Source: Candidatus Limnocylindrales bacterium
GTDB taxonomy: Bacteria > Chloroflexota > Limnocylindria > Limnocylindrales > CSP1-4
Reading direction: 5' to 3'
DNA: 64,000 nucleotides
NCBI GenBank assembly: GCA_038915815.1
Contig: JBCLCL010000005.1
Coordinates: forward strand, 3,955 to 67,954
The notes below the pieces were generated by a model, which ran no database searches, was not told the DNA's origin, and saw nothing but the letters and a program-made list of their open reading frames with translations. Positions within the stretch are counted from its first letter, which is position 1, and every line of letters begins with the position of its first letter. Position numbers and translations under genes: made by a program. This document shows positions 48,855-58,743 of the stretch, piece by piece.

Positions 48855-49087
48855 ACGTCATCGCCACGGCGGCCACCTGCGCGCCGCCCGAGCCCGGACT
48901 CACGGCACGTCTGTCACGCACCGAATTCGACCCGTTCGACGCCCTGGGAGGGTACGTCGTGGTCGGTCGAACCACAGGGCGCCGGGCATTCGAGTCGGGA
49001 ACCGGGGCCTCGGGCGGGGCTGCGAGGCGGCACCGGCCGATGACCGCTCCGGGACCGCCGGACGGCCACATCACAGGAGGAGAATGG

Positions 49088-50335
49088 ATGAAACTCACGA
49101 AGTTAGGCGCACTGGTCGGCATCGCGTTGCTGACGTTCGCGGCCTGCAGCAGCGGTACCGCGACCACTGCCCCGAGTGCTGCCCCCGTCGAGGATCCGCT
49201 CGGCGTCGTCACCATCCCGGCCGGTGAGCCGGTCCACATCGCCTTCTGGGGCGTCCTGTCCGGGGCCGACAGCACCCTCGGTGAGGACAGCAAGCAGGGC
49301 GTCCAGATCGCCATCAACGATATGGGTGGCAAGTTCCTGGGTCGCGACATCCTGCTGACCACGGAAGACGCCCTGTGCACCCCCGAGGGCGGCGCGACGG
49401 CGGCCACGAAGCTGGCGGCCGACAGCACCCTGGTCGGGCTGATCGGCTCGTCCTGCTCCGACGAGGTCGTCGGTGGCATCAAGACGATCACCGAAGCGGG
49501 CCTGACGACGATCTCGGGGTCGAATACGCGCCCGGCGCTGACCGCGCCGGATCGCGATGCGACCTACGCGGGCTACGCCCGGACGGCGCACAACGACTCG
49601 TTCCAGGGCAAGGTCGCCGCTGAGTACGTCTACAACACCTTGAAGCTCACGAAGGTCGCGACGATCCACGATGGCAGCGGCTACGCCGAGGCGCTTGTCG
49701 GCGTCTTCTCCGACGAGTTCACCAAGCTCGGTGGGACGATCGTGGCGGCCGAGGCCATCGCCAAGGGCACGACCGACATGAGCACCACGCTCAAGACGAT
49801 GGCGGCGGCCAAGCCGGAGCTCATCTACATGCCGCTGTTCACCGCCGAGGCCGGCTTCCTCAAGTCGCAGATCCCGTCCACGACGGGTCTTGAGAACGTC
49901 AGGACCCTGGGCGCGGACGGCCATTACAACCCCGACTTCCTCAAGGCCGCCGGGGCCGCCGCTGTGGGTCACCTCCAGACGAGCCCGAACTTCTCGGCCT
50001 TCACCGGTGACTACGCCGGCTTCATCAAGAAGCTCAAGGCCGAGTTCGGCGACGCATCGCCGCTGAGCGCCTTCCACGCCCAGGCCTATGACGCCACGAA
50101 CATGCTGTTCGCGGCGCTCGCCAAGGTGGCCGTGGAAAACGCCGACGGTTCGCTGTCGGTCCCGAAGGGCGCGCTCCGCGACGCCATCCTCGCGACCAAG
50201 GACTTCGTCGGCCTGACCGGCACCCTCAGCTGCACCCCCACCGGGGACTGCGGGGCCCCGGTCATCGCGGTCTACGAGGTCACCCAGGCAGACGTCGACG
50301 CTCTCGCGCCGCCGTCGAAGCCGATCTGGCCGTAG
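49088..50335 (+). CDS. Branched-chain amino-acid-type ABC transporter substrate-binding lipoprotein (LivJ/K family)
   Basis: The ATG at 49088 follows AGGAGGA. MKLTKLGALVGIALLTFAACSSG (lipobox). GEDSKQGVQIAINDMGGKFLGRDILLTTEDALC..LIGSSCSDE. Confidence 0.88.
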   Translation: MKLTKLGALVGIALLTFAACSSGTATTAPSAAPVEDPLGVVTIPAGEPVHIAFWGVLSGADSTLGEDSKQGVQIAINDMGGKFLGRDILLTTEDALCTPEGGATAATKLAADSTLVGLIGSSCSDEVVGGIKTITEAGLTTISGSNTRPALTAPDRDATYAGYARTAHNDSFQGKVAAEYVYNTLKLTKVATIHDGSGYAEALVGVFSDEFTKLGGTIVAAEAIAKGTTDMSTTLKTMAAAKPELIYMPLFTAEAGFLKSQIPSTTGLENVRTLGADGHYNPDFLKAAGAAAVGHLQTSPNFSAFTGDYAGFIKKLKAEFGDASPLSAFHAQAYDATNMLFAALAKVAVENADGSLSVPKGALRDAILATKDFVGLTGTLSCTPTGDCGAPVIAVYEVTQADVDALAPPSKPIWP

Positions 50336-50442
50336 CAGCCAGTCGAAATCCCGTCTCTCACTGAGACGACGGATCCGCAGGGACGAGTGGGCATCGCCCG
50401 CTCGTCCCTGCTCCTTGACCGTCAGCTGCCAGAGACCGCCAG

Positions 50443-51519
50443 TTGAACGTCCGAAGGCTGGACCGGTTCACCGACGTCGCGATCGACGTCTTCATGTTCC
50501 TGTTCCGGGCCGCCATCATCCTGTTGGTGGTGGTCGGGTCGATCCTGACCCTGCTCCGCGGGACCTACACCGCGGCCGACTGGTTCGAGCTCGTCGGCGC
50601 CGGGCTGACCCAGGGCTCGATCTACGCGATGATCGCCCTGGGCTACACGATGGTCTACGGCATCCTGCGCATCATCAACTTCGCCCACGGCGAGATCTTC
50701 ATGGCCGGATCCTTCGGCGGCTACTTCACCATCGTCGCCCTGGCGGGGGCCGGCATGCTGTCGGACAACGTCATCATCAGCCTGATCGCCATCGCGATCG
50801 CCATCCTGGCGGCCATGGCCGTCTCGGTCCTGTTGGCGGTCGGGGTGGAGCGCATCGCCTACCGGCCCCTCCGGAATTCCCCCACCCTGGTCCCGCTCAT
50901 CAGCGCCATCGGCGCGTCCCTGTTCCTGCAGTACTCGTTCCGCGGGTTCTTCGGGTCCGGCATCTATGCCTACCCCACCCCGGCCTTCCTGCAGCAGCCG
51001 GCGCCCATCCCGCTCCTCAGCATGCGCTGGATGGATGTGCTGGTGGTGGTCGCCTCGCTGGCCATGATGACCGGCCTCTACCTGTTCGTGATGCGCTCCA
51101 GGGCGGGAACCGCGATCCGGGCCGTCTCGGAGGACAAGGGCACCGCCGCCCTCATGGGCATCGACGCGAACCGGGCCATCGTGCTGACCTTCGCCATCGG
51201 AGCCGCGATGGCCGGCGCGGCCGGCGTGCTGTACGGCCTGGCATTCATCCAGGTCACGTTCGCGATGGGCATCTTTCCCGGGATCAAGGCCTTCACGGCC
51301 GCCGTCCTGGGCGGGATCGGGAACGTACCGGGCGCCCTTCTTGGTGGCCTGTTCCTCGGCCTCATCGAAGCCATCGGACCGACGCTCTTCCTGACCGGCT
51401 TCGGCGTGCCGGCGACGAACCAGCTCAAGGATGCGGTGGCCTTCACGATGCTGGTCCTGGTCCTCGTCTTCCGACCGTCCGGCCTCCTGGGTGAGCGTGT
51501 CACGAGGAAACGGGCGTGA
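50443..51519 (+). CDS. livH: Branched-chain amino-acid ABC transporter permease (LivH family)
   Basis: GLTQGSIYAMIALGYTMVYGILRIINFAHGEIFMAG..RAVSEDKGTAALMGI.. Start uncertain (TTG 50443 or ATG 50494). Confidence 0.85.
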   Translation: MNVRRLDRFTDVAIDVFMFLFRAAIILLVVVGSILTLLRGTYTAADWFELVGAGLTQGSIYAMIALGYTMVYGILRIINFAHGEIFMAGSFGGYFTIVALAGAGMLSDNVIISLIAIAIAILAAMAVSVLLAVGVERIAYRPLRNSPTLVPLISAIGASLFLQYSFRGFFGSGIYAYPTPAFLQQPAPIPLLSMRWMDVLVVVASLAMMTGLYLFVMRSRAGTAIRAVSEDKGTAALMGIDANRAIVLTFAIGAAMAGAAGVLYGLAFIQVTFAMGIFPGIKAFTAAVLGGIGNVPGALLGGLFLGLIEAIGPTLFLTGFGVPATNQLKDAVAFTMLVLVLVFRPSGLLGERVTRKRA

Positions 51520-53270
51520 GCGCGGCGACGATCGCGCCAACGGCCCTGGCCGGCCCGGCGGGAGCCCGCAGCTGGCACCGTAGGACCATCGTCCGGACCG
51601 GCGTGCTCGGGGGCCTCGTGGCCATCTACCTGTGCCTGGTCGGGATCGTGCCGGTGTTCGCCGTGCGCCCGCTCATCGTCAACGTCGTTGAACTTGGCCA
51701 GGCGGCCCTGCTCATCGGGTTCGGTGTCGCCGGCTACCTGGCGGCGCGCCCGTTCGTGGGTGTCTCGCGCGTGCGGGCGATCGCCGCAGGTGCCGTCGTC
51801 GGCGCGATCATGGGCGCCTTCCTGGCGGCGCTGGTGCTGCTCGGATCCGTGGTGGACATCCGAGCCGTCTTCATCAATGCGTCACCTGACCTCTACAGCC
51901 TCTTGACGAACGCGCTGGGGACCACCTGGGCCTGGTTCCCGATCGTGGTCGGGATGATCACCGGGGCCCTGGCCGGGGTTGTGATCTGGCTGCCCAGTTC
52001 TGTTCGGATCCCGCTCCTGTGGAGCCTCGGCATGCTGGTCTTCTTCGGCCTGTTCGCCGGGCTGCTTCGGACGCCGTTGCTGGTCACACCGTTGGGGGAC
52101 CTGGCTCGCTTCCTGTTCAAGTCGGAGGGCCTGACAGTCGCTGGCGCGATCATCGTGGTCGTCGGGAGTTCTGGCCTCGTCGCCCTCGTCCGGGCGACGA
52201 GGCCAAAGCAGCGGATCGGCGCGCTGCCGGCCACCCGTCGGCGCCTCATCGTCGCTCCGCTGGCGATCCTGGTTCTCGCCGTCATCCTCATGTTCCCGGT
52301 GGCGATGGGTCCGTTCTTCGCCCAGGTCATCGCCATCGTGGCCCTGTTCACCCTGCTGGGCCTCGGGCTGAACATCACCCTCGGCCTCGCCGGCCTGCTG
52401 GACCTGGGCTTCGTCGCGTTCTTCGCCGTCGGCGCCTATACGGTCGCCCTCCTGACCTCGACCGCCGAATACGGCATCGCCGGCTGGTCGTTCTGGCAGG
52501 CCGTCCCGTTCGCGGTCATCTTCGCGATGCTGTTCGCGCTCGTCCTGGGCCTGCCGATCCTGCGCATCCGCGGCGACTATCTCGCCATCGCCACCCTTGG
52601 CTTCGGCGAGATCATCCGGATCCTGGCCGGATCGGACCTGCTCAAGCCCTTCCTCGGCGGACCACGAGGCATGCTCAACATCCCGAAGCCGTTCGACGTC
52701 CCGCCGACCCACTGGCTCGCCGGCCCGGTCCAGATCTACTACATCGCGCTCGCCTGTGCGGCAGTCGTCGCCTTCGTGGCCTGGCGACTGCGCGGCTCGC
52801 GCCTTGGACGCTCGTGGATGGCGATGCGGGAGGACGAGGACGTGGCCGAGGGGATGGGCGTCAATCTCGTCCAGACCAAGCTGCTGGCGTACATGCTGGG
52901 TGGCGGGTTCGCCGGCCTGGCTGGGGCCATCTCGGCTGCGCTGGTCGGGTCCGTGTTCGCCTCCAGCGTCCAGCTCCAGCTGTCGATCAACGTCGTGGCC
53001 ATCGTCATCGTCGGCGGCATGGGCAGCATCCCGGGCGTCGTCCTGGGTGCCCTCTTCCTGATCGGCCTGCCGGAATTGTTCCGGGAATTCTCGGACTACC
53101 GGCTGCTGTTCTACGGCATCGCCCTGATGGCGATCATGATCGTGAGACCGGAGGGCCTGCTGCCATCGAAGATCGCGCGGCGCGAGTTGCACACGACTGA
53201 AGAACTGGTCGAGATGCGCGACGAGGACCTGATCACGGCCGAGGAGACAAGGGAGGCGTCGCCTCCATGA
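51516..53270 (+). CDS. livM: Branched-chain amino-acid ABC transporter permease (LivM family) with a long polytopic N-terminal extension
   Basis: Core LGLNITLGLAGLLDLGFVAFFAVGAYT..LRIRGDYLAIATLGFGEIIR..AMREDEDVAEGMGVN. GTGA overlap with livH. Confidence 0.85.
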   Translation: MSAATIAPTALAGPAGARSWHRRTIVRTGVLGGLVAIYLCLVGIVPVFAVRPLIVNVVELGQAALLIGFGVAGYLAARPFVGVSRVRAIAAGAVVGAIMGAFLAALVLLGSVVDIRAVFINASPDLYSLLTNALGTTWAWFPIVVGMITGALAGVVIWLPSSVRIPLLWSLGMLVFFGLFAGLLRTPLLVTPLGDLARFLFKSEGLTVAGAIIVVVGSSGLVALVRATRPKQRIGALPATRRRLIVAPLAILVLAVILMFPVAMGPFFAQVIAIVALFTLLGLGLNITLGLAGLLDLGFVAFFAVGAYTVALLTSTAEYGIAGWSFWQAVPFAVIFAMLFALVLGLPILRIRGDYLAIATLGFGEIIRILAGSDLLKPFLGGPRGMLNIPKPFDVPPTHWLAGPVQIYYIALACAAVVAFVAWRLRGSRLGRSWMAMREDEDVAEGMGVNLVQTKLLAYMLGGGFAGLAGAISAALVGSVFASSVQLQLSINVVAIVIVGGMGSIPGVVLGALFLIGLPELFREFSDYRLLFYGIALMAIMIVRPEGLLPSKIARRELHTTEELVEMRDEDLITAEETREASPP

Positions 53271-54091
53271 TCCTCCTCAGGGCAGACCAGGTCACCAAGC
53301 GATTCGGGGGGCTGACCGCGGTCAGCGAACTCGATTTCGAGCTCGAAGAAGGGGCCATCGCCAGCGTCATCGGGCCGAACGGCGCCGGGAAAACGACCTT
53401 CTTCAACTGTCTGACCGGGTTCTTCCACGTGGACGAGGGCACGATCACCTTCGCGGGCGATCCGATCCATACCCTGCGTCCCGATGAGGTCGCCCATTAC
53501 GGGATCTCGCGGACCTACCAGAACATCCGGCTGTTCGCGAGCATGACCGCCATCGAGAACATCCTGGTCGGCCAGCACAACCACCTCCGCTCGACCTGGC
53601 TCGGTGCCATCGTCCGGACGAGGTCCCAGCGGGGCGAGGAGGAGACCGCCCACGCCGAGGCCCTCCGCCTGCTGGAGTTCGTCGGGCTCAAGGGTCGCGG
53701 CGACAGTCTCGCCGCGAAACTCCCGTACGGCGATCAGCGTCGGCTGGAGGTCGCGCGGGCCCTCGCCAACAAGCCGCGCCTGCTGCTGCTCGATGAACCG
53801 ACGGCCGGGATGAACCCGGCCGAGACGATGCAGATGACCGACTTCTTCCGCAAGCTCCGGGGCGATCTGGGCATCACCGTCCTGCTCATCGAGCACGAGA
53901 TGCGGGTCGTGATGGGGATCTCGGAGAAGATCACCGTGCTGGACTACGGGCGCAAGATCGCCGAGGGGACGCCCAGGGAGATCCAGCAGGATCCGGCAGT
54001 CATCGAGGCATACCTCGGTCGCGCCGGGACCGCCGAAGGCGAGGCCGGGGCCGTCGCCGTGGACGGCGCCAGCGCTGCGGCAGGCGGCTGA
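53267..54091 (+). CDS. livG: Branched-chain amino-acid ABC transporter ATP-binding protein (LivG family)
   Basis: [18 protein letters not shown]; [16 protein letters not shown]; [13 protein letters not shown]. Confidence 0.9.
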   Translation: MILLRADQVTKRFGGLTAVSELDFELEEGAIASVIGPNGAGKTTFFNCLTGFFHVDEGTITFAGDPIHTLRPDEVAHYGISRTYQNIRLFASMTAIENILVGQHNHLRSTWLGAIVRTRSQRGEEETAHAEALRLLEFVGLKGRGDSLAAKLPYGDQRRLEVARALANKPRLLLLDEPTAGMNPAETMQMTDFFRKLRGDLGITVLLIEHEMRVVMGISEKITVLDYGRKIAEGTPREIQQDPAVIEAYLGRAGTAEGEAGAVAVDGASAAAGG

Positions 54092-54092
54092 G

Positions 54093-54812
54093 GTGGAGAC
54101 ACCCGTCCTGTCCGTCAAGGACCTTCACACCTACTACGGCAGCATCCACGCCCTGCGCGGGATCTCACTCGAAGTCGGCCAGGGCGAGATCGTCGCCCTC
54201 ATCGGCGGCAATGGGGCGGGCAAGAGCACCACGCTCAACTCGATCAGCGGATTGGTCCGGCCGCAGAACGGCCAGATCCTGCTCAACGGGGAGGATCTGG
54301 CGAAGGTCCCGGCTCACGAGATCATGGCCAGGGGCATCGTCCAGGTCCCCGAGGGCCGCCGGATCTTCGCCCGGCTGACGGTCACCGAGAATCTCAGGAT
54401 GGGTGCCTTCGTGGTCAAGGACAAGGCGGTGATCGCGGACCGGATCGAGCAGGCGTTCGAGATGTTCCCACGCCTCAAGCAGCGCGAGCAGCAGGTGGCC
54501 GGGACCCTGAGCGGCGGCGAGCAGCAGATGCTGGCGATGAGTCGCGGCCTGATGTCGGATCCCAAGGTCCTCCTGCTGGACGAACCGTCGATGGGCCTGG
54601 CCCCGCTGCTCGTGGACCAGATCTTCGACACGATCAAGCAGCTCCATGCCCGGGGGACGACCATCCTGCTGGTCGAGCAGAACGCACGAAAGGCCCTCGA
54701 GATCGCCGACCGCGGGTACGTCATCGAGACCGGCCAGATCGTGCTGGCCGACCGTGCCGAGAACCTGCGCGACAACGAGATGGTCCAGAAGGCCTACCTG
54801 GGGATCGATTGA
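54093..54812 (+). CDS. livF: Branched-chain amino-acid ABC transporter ATP-binding protein (LivF family)
   Basis: LIGGNGAGKSTTLNSISG; LSGGEQQMLAMSRGLM; LLLLDEPSMGLAP. Confidence 0.9.
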   Translation: METPVLSVKDLHTYYGSIHALRGISLEVGQGEIVALIGGNGAGKSTTLNSISGLVRPQNGQILLNGEDLAKVPAHEIMARGIVQVPEGRRIFARLTVTENLRMGAFVVKDKAVIADRIEQAFEMFPRLKQREQQVAGTLSGGEQQMLAMSRGLMSDPKVLLLDEPSMGLAPLLVDQIFDTIKQLHARGTTILLVEQNARKALEIADRGYVIETGQIVLADRAENLRDNEMVQKAYLGID

Positions 54813-54870
54813 CCGGAGCTACGGCGTAGCGGCCCCTGGTCTGCTGCGGGTGGGCCATCCGATATCGCGG

Positions 54871-54926
54871 TTGCCATGTGCCCGCCGGGTTGCATACTGT
54901 GGCCCTCAGCATCCTGTGGCCCACAG
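54871..54926 (+). promoter_or_regulatory. Candidate promoter plus palindromic operator upstream of the polar amino-acid ABC operon
   Basis: TTGCCA (54871-54876), an 18-nt spacer, then TACTGT (54895-54900). Direct repeat CTGTGGCCC at 54897 and 54914. Palindrome CTGTGG-C-CCACAG at 54914-54926. Confidence 0.35.
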
Positions 54927-54981
54927 CATCGGCCGCATCGACCACGTCCATCGATCGGACGGAAACGACATGGAGGACACG

Positions 54982-55917
54982 ATGACGAATCGAACCCGAG
55001 TGGCGTCGCTATTGGCAACCGCCCTGCTCGTATCTGCCTGCGCCAGTGGCGGGACATCGCCCAGCGCCGCTCCGTCCAGCGAGGCCCCGAGCGCCGCACC
55101 GGCGACCGCCACCGCGGCGCCCGCCACGCCACCCCCCGCGACGATCATCCCGGGCGGTCTGCTCGAGGTCGTGACGAAGGCCGGCAAGATCCGCGTCTCG
55201 ACAGACCCGCAGTATCCGCCGCAGTCGGAACTCACACCCGACGGCACGTTCCAGGGCTTCGATATCGATGTGGCGACGGAGATCGCGAAGCGGATGGGGC
55301 TGGAGATCCAGTTCGAGACTCCGAGCTGGGACACGATCACCGCCGGCGGTTGGAGCGGCCGCTGGGACATGAGCGTCGGCTCGATGACGATCACCTCGCC
55401 GCGCCAGAAGGTGCTCGACTTCAGCCCGCCCTACTACTACACGCCGGCCCAGATGGCGGCCAGCACGGCCTCGGGCATCACGACCCTCGATGGCCTCGCC
55501 GGCAAGACGATCTGTGTGGGCGAAGCAACGACCTACCTCGACTGGCTGAACGGCACCCTTGACTTCGGCACGGAGTCGCCGCAGACGAAGGCACCGGCCG
55601 GGGCCATCGCAGTGACCCTGAGCACGGACCGCCTCTGCGCTGAGGCGTGGAAGGCAGGCCGGAGCGAATTCGACGGCTGGCTCAGCTCAAGCACGACGGT
55701 CGACCAGGCGATCGCGGACGGCCTGCCACTGGTGAAGGTCGGCGATCCCGTCTTCTCCGAGCCGCTGGCAGTAGCCGTCGACAGGAGCGGCCCAGATCCG
55801 ACCGACTTCATGGCCAAGCTCAACGAAGTCGTGACTGCCATGCACGCCGACGGGACACTGACCACGCTCTCGCAGAAGTGGTTCGGTGCGGACATGACCC
55901 AGAAGCTCGGCGGCTGA
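54982..55917 (+). CDS. Polar amino-acid ABC transporter substrate-binding lipoprotein (family 3 SBP)
   Basis: MTNRTRVASLLATALLVSACASGG (lipobox). KIRVSTDPQYPPQSELTPDGTFQGFDIDVATEIAKRMGLEIQFETPSWDTITAGGWSGRWDMSVGSMTIT. An alternative ATG lies at 54970. Confidence 0.85.
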   Translation: MTNRTRVASLLATALLVSACASGGTSPSAAPSSEAPSAAPATATAAPATPPPATIIPGGLLEVVTKAGKIRVSTDPQYPPQSELTPDGTFQGFDIDVATEIAKRMGLEIQFETPSWDTITAGGWSGRWDMSVGSMTITSPRQKVLDFSPPYYYTPAQMAASTASGITTLDGLAGKTICVGEATTYLDWLNGTLDFGTESPQTKAPAGAIAVTLSTDRLCAEAWKAGRSEFDGWLSSSTTVDQAIADGLPLVKVGDPVFSEPLAVAVDRSGPDPTDFMAKLNEVVTAMHADGTLTTLSQKWFGADMTQKLGG

Positions 55918-55988
55918 CTGGACCTGGCTGACCGGTACCTCCGGGCTCGCACTCGCGCGCCCGGAGGCCGTTTCGCCGGAGAGACGAG

Positions 55989-56843
55989 ATGAGCCTGAGC
56001 GGTCCCCAGCAGGTGGCCATCGGCGAGGACCTTCGAATCAGGACGCCCGAGCTGATCGTCGCCGAGGTTCGCGCGGCGCGGGCCCGGGAGAGTCGACACT
56101 TCCGGCTCGTGTTCGCGCTCACCTGGGCCGTCCTCATCGGGCTGCTCGTAGGCACTCTCGTTGCCGCCGGGAAGGTCGACGTGACGTTCCTCGCCAAGTG
56201 GGGGCCGTACATCCTGGGCGGCATCCCGATCACGATCGTCGTCTCGATCTTCTCGATCGCCATGGCTGTCGTCTTCGCGGTCCTGGGCGCCCTCGGGCGC
56301 CTGTCGGCACGCCCTGCGATCTACGCCGTGGCGACGCTCTACGTCTCGCTCGTGCGAGGGACGCCGCTCATCGTCCAGATCCTGTTCATCTACCTCGCCT
56401 TGCCGCAGATCATTCCCGCGTCGGCCGGGATCCCCGTGATCCTGCTGGCGATCTTCGCGCTCGCGTTCAACTACGGCGCCTACATGACCGAGATCTTCCG
56501 AGCCGGGATCCAGGCGATCCCGCGCGGTCAGATCGAGGCCTCGGGGGCGCTCGGCATGACCGACAGCCAGACGATGCGCCGGGTCATCCTTCCGCAGGCG
56601 ATCCGGATCGTCATCCCGGCGATCGGCAACGAGTTCATCGCGATGATCAAGGACTCCGCGCTTGTCTCGATCATCACCGTCCAGGAGCTGCTCTGGCGCG
56701 CCCAGCGGGTCGGCCAGTCCAACTTCCGCTCGCTCGAGACGCTGCTCCTCGCGGCGCTCGTCTACTGGATCCTCACGATCGCCTTCTCGGTCGTCCAGGA
56801 CCGGCTCGAGAAGCGCATGGCCGAGAGCGACCGAAGGATCTGA
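55989..56843 (+). CDS. Amino-acid ABC transporter permease (His/Glu/Gln/Arg/opine family)
   Basis: YVSLVRGTPLIVQILFIYLALP..FALAFNYGAYMTEIFRAGIQAIPRGQIEASGALGMT..RRVILPQA. Confidence 0.9.
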   Translation: MSLSGPQQVAIGEDLRIRTPELIVAEVRAARARESRHFRLVFALTWAVLIGLLVGTLVAAGKVDVTFLAKWGPYILGGIPITIVVSIFSIAMAVVFAVLGALGRLSARPAIYAVATLYVSLVRGTPLIVQILFIYLALPQIIPASAGIPVILLAIFALAFNYGAYMTEIFRAGIQAIPRGQIEASGALGMTDSQTMRRVILPQAIRIVIPAIGNEFIAMIKDSALVSIITVQELLWRAQRVGQSNFRSLETLLLAALVYWILTIAFSVVQDRLEKRMAESDRRI

Positions 56844-56847
56844 ACGA

Positions 56848-57705
56848 TTGGCCACGTCGTCTCCGATCCACCTTCCGGTCCATGACCGGTATGCCAAGCC
56901 AGGCTCTCTCACGCCACCCGGCGCAGAGCCGGTGCTCCGTCTTGAGAACCTCGAGAAGTTCTTCGGCTCGAACCATGTCCTGCGCGGCTGCACGCTCGAG
57001 GTCTATCCACGCGAGACGATCTGCCTGATCGGGCGCTCGGGATCGGGCAAGAGCACGCTGCTGCGCTGCACGAACTTCCTCGAGGAGCCGACCGTCGGCT
57101 CGGTCGAGGTCGACGGTCTCCGGATCGCGGCGGACCCGCTCCACGCCCGCGACAAGGATCATCGGGAGAAGATCCGGCAGATCCGCCAGCGGGCGCAGAT
57201 GGTCTTCCAGGAGTTCAACCTCTTTCCGCACATGACGGTGATCGACAACCTCATCGAAGGACCCATCCAGGTGAAGGGGATGTCGAAGGACGAGGCGATC
57301 GCAACGGCGGAGAAGTACCTCGACAAGGTCGGGCTCAGGGACAAGCGGGACGAATACCCGGCCCGCCTGTCGGGCGGCCAGAAGCAGCGGGTCGCGATCG
57401 CGCGCGCCCTGGCGATGGAGCCCAAGATCCTCCTGTTCGACGAGCCCACGAGCGCCCTCGACCCCACGCTCGTCGGGGAGGTCATCATGGTCATGGAGGA
57501 GCTCGCCCACGAAGGGAGCACGATGATCGTCGTGACCCACGAGATGCAGTTCGCCCGGGAGGCGGCCGACCGGGTCTACTTCATCGAGGAGGGGATCTTC
57601 ATCGAGGTCGGGCCGCCCGAACAGGTCCTGGATCAACCGCAAGACGAGCGGACGAGGCGATTCCTGCGTCGCCTCCTCTCGTCCGGCGTCGCCGTCCCCG
57701 GCTGA
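56848..57705 (+). CDS. Amino-acid ABC transporter ATP-binding protein
   Basis: LIGRSGSGKSTLLRCTNFLEEP; LSGGQKQRVAIARALAMEPKILLFDEPTSALDP; THEMQFAREAADRVYF. Start uncertain (TTG 56848 or GTG 56932). Confidence 0.9.
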   Translation: MATSSPIHLPVHDRYAKPGSLTPPGAEPVLRLENLEKFFGSNHVLRGCTLEVYPRETICLIGRSGSGKSTLLRCTNFLEEPTVGSVEVDGLRIAADPLHARDKDHREKIRQIRQRAQMVFQEFNLFPHMTVIDNLIEGPIQVKGMSKDEAIATAEKYLDKVGLRDKRDEYPARLSGGQKQRVAIARALAMEPKILLFDEPTSALDPTLVGEVIMVMEELAHEGSTMIVVTHEMQFAREAADRVYFIEEGIFIEVGPPEQVLDQPQDERTRRFLRRLLSSGVAVPG

Positions 57706-57733
57706 CACTCGGCGCGTCAACGGCCGCCGGCAT

Positions 57734-58177
57734 TCAGCGGCGGGCGGGCTCCCGGGCCATGTCGTAGACGGCACGTGACAGGACGCCCAGCCCGACGCCG
57801 GCCAGCCAGATGCCGGGGCCGTTGGTCAGGACCTCGGCCGGCTCGTGGAACTGGAAGGCGCCGATGATGGTCAGATCGAGGACCCGCCAGGCGAGCGCGA
57901 CCCAGCCGGCCACGGCGAGGATCGCGAAGGAGAGCCAGCGATCGAGGCCGATCGGTCGATCGCCCGTCGCGTACGGCAGCGCGACGAGGGCCAGGGCCGC
58001 GACACCCACCAGGAAGACCACGATCGCGCTGCCAGCCAGGCCGTTGCCCGTCTCGGCCGGGATCCCGGGAGTCCCACCGACCCGCCACCACGGCAGCGCG
58101 CAGCCGATGACCGTGAGCGGAGCGGCCAGGGCGGCGAGCGTGCGACCCCGACCCAGGGGCCGGCGGTGCATCGTCAC
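57734..58177 (-). CDS. Small integral membrane protein, unknown function
   Basis: About four hydrophobic segments (LAALAAPLTVIGCALPWW; AIVVFLVGVAALALVAL; WLSFAILAVAGWVALAW; IWLAGVGLGVL). The start overlaps the hpt stop. Confidence 0.55.
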   Translation of the reverse strand: MTMHRRPLGRGRTLAALAAPLTVIGCALPWWRVGGTPGIPAETGNGLAGSAIVVFLVGVAALALVALPYATGDRPIGLDRWLSFAILAVAGWVALAWRVLDLTIIGAFQFHEPAEVLTNGPGIWLAGVGLGVLSRAVYDMAREPARR

Positions 58178-58743
58178 TCGGCGATGGCCCCCGAATAGAC
58201 CTCCGGCCGGAGGACGCCCACGAAGCGGAGGTTCCGATAGAGCTCGCCGTAATCGAGGCCGTACCCGACGACGAACTGGTCGGGGATCGTGAACCCGGTG
58301 TAATCGACGTCGATCTCGACCAGGCGCCGCGCCGGCTTGTCCAGCAGGGTGCAGATGCGCAGCGATGCCGGCGCCTTGCCGCGCAGGTAGCGGATCAGGT
58401 AGTTGAGCGTGAGGCCCGTGTCGATGATGTCCTCGACGATCAGGACGTGCTCATCCACGATGCTGGTAGAGAGGTCCTTCAGGATGCGCACGAGGCCGGA
58501 GGATTCGGTGCTCGAACCGCCGTAGGAGCTGACCTCCATCAGGTCGATCCGAACCGGGATCTCGATCGCGCGCATGAGATCAGCCATGAACGGGAGCGAC
58601 CCCTTGAGGACCGACACGAGGGTCAGCTGTCGGCCGTGATAGTCGGCGCTGATCCGGGCACCGAGTTCGCGGACCTTGGCGGCGATCTCCTCCTCGGTCA
58701 CGACGACCTCGGCGATGTCTTCGTGTTGCGCGTCCGAGCTCAT
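58174..58743 (-). CDS. hpt: Hypoxanthine phosphoribosyltransferase
   Basis: LTLVSVLKGSLPFMADL..VLIVEDIIDTGLTLNYL..FVVGYGLDYGELYRNL. Confidence 0.93.
   Translation of the reverse strand: MSSDAQHEDIAEVVVTEEEIAAKVRELGARISADYHGRQLTLVSVLKGSLPFMADLMRAIEIPVRIDLMEVSSYGGSSTESSGLVRILKDLSTSIVDEHVLIVEDIIDTGLTLNYLIRYLRGKAPASLRICTLLDKPARRLVEIDVDYTGFTIPDQFVVGYGLDYGELYRNLRFVGVLRPEVYSGAIAE

Noticed and set aside
48960-49010. tRNA-like T-loop fragment (CATTCGAGTCGG) and other scattered TTCGA motifs
   Set aside because: No acceptor, D or anticodon stems can be built around them. I found no convincing tRNA, rRNA, tmRNA, RNase P or SRP RNA signature anywhere in the window.
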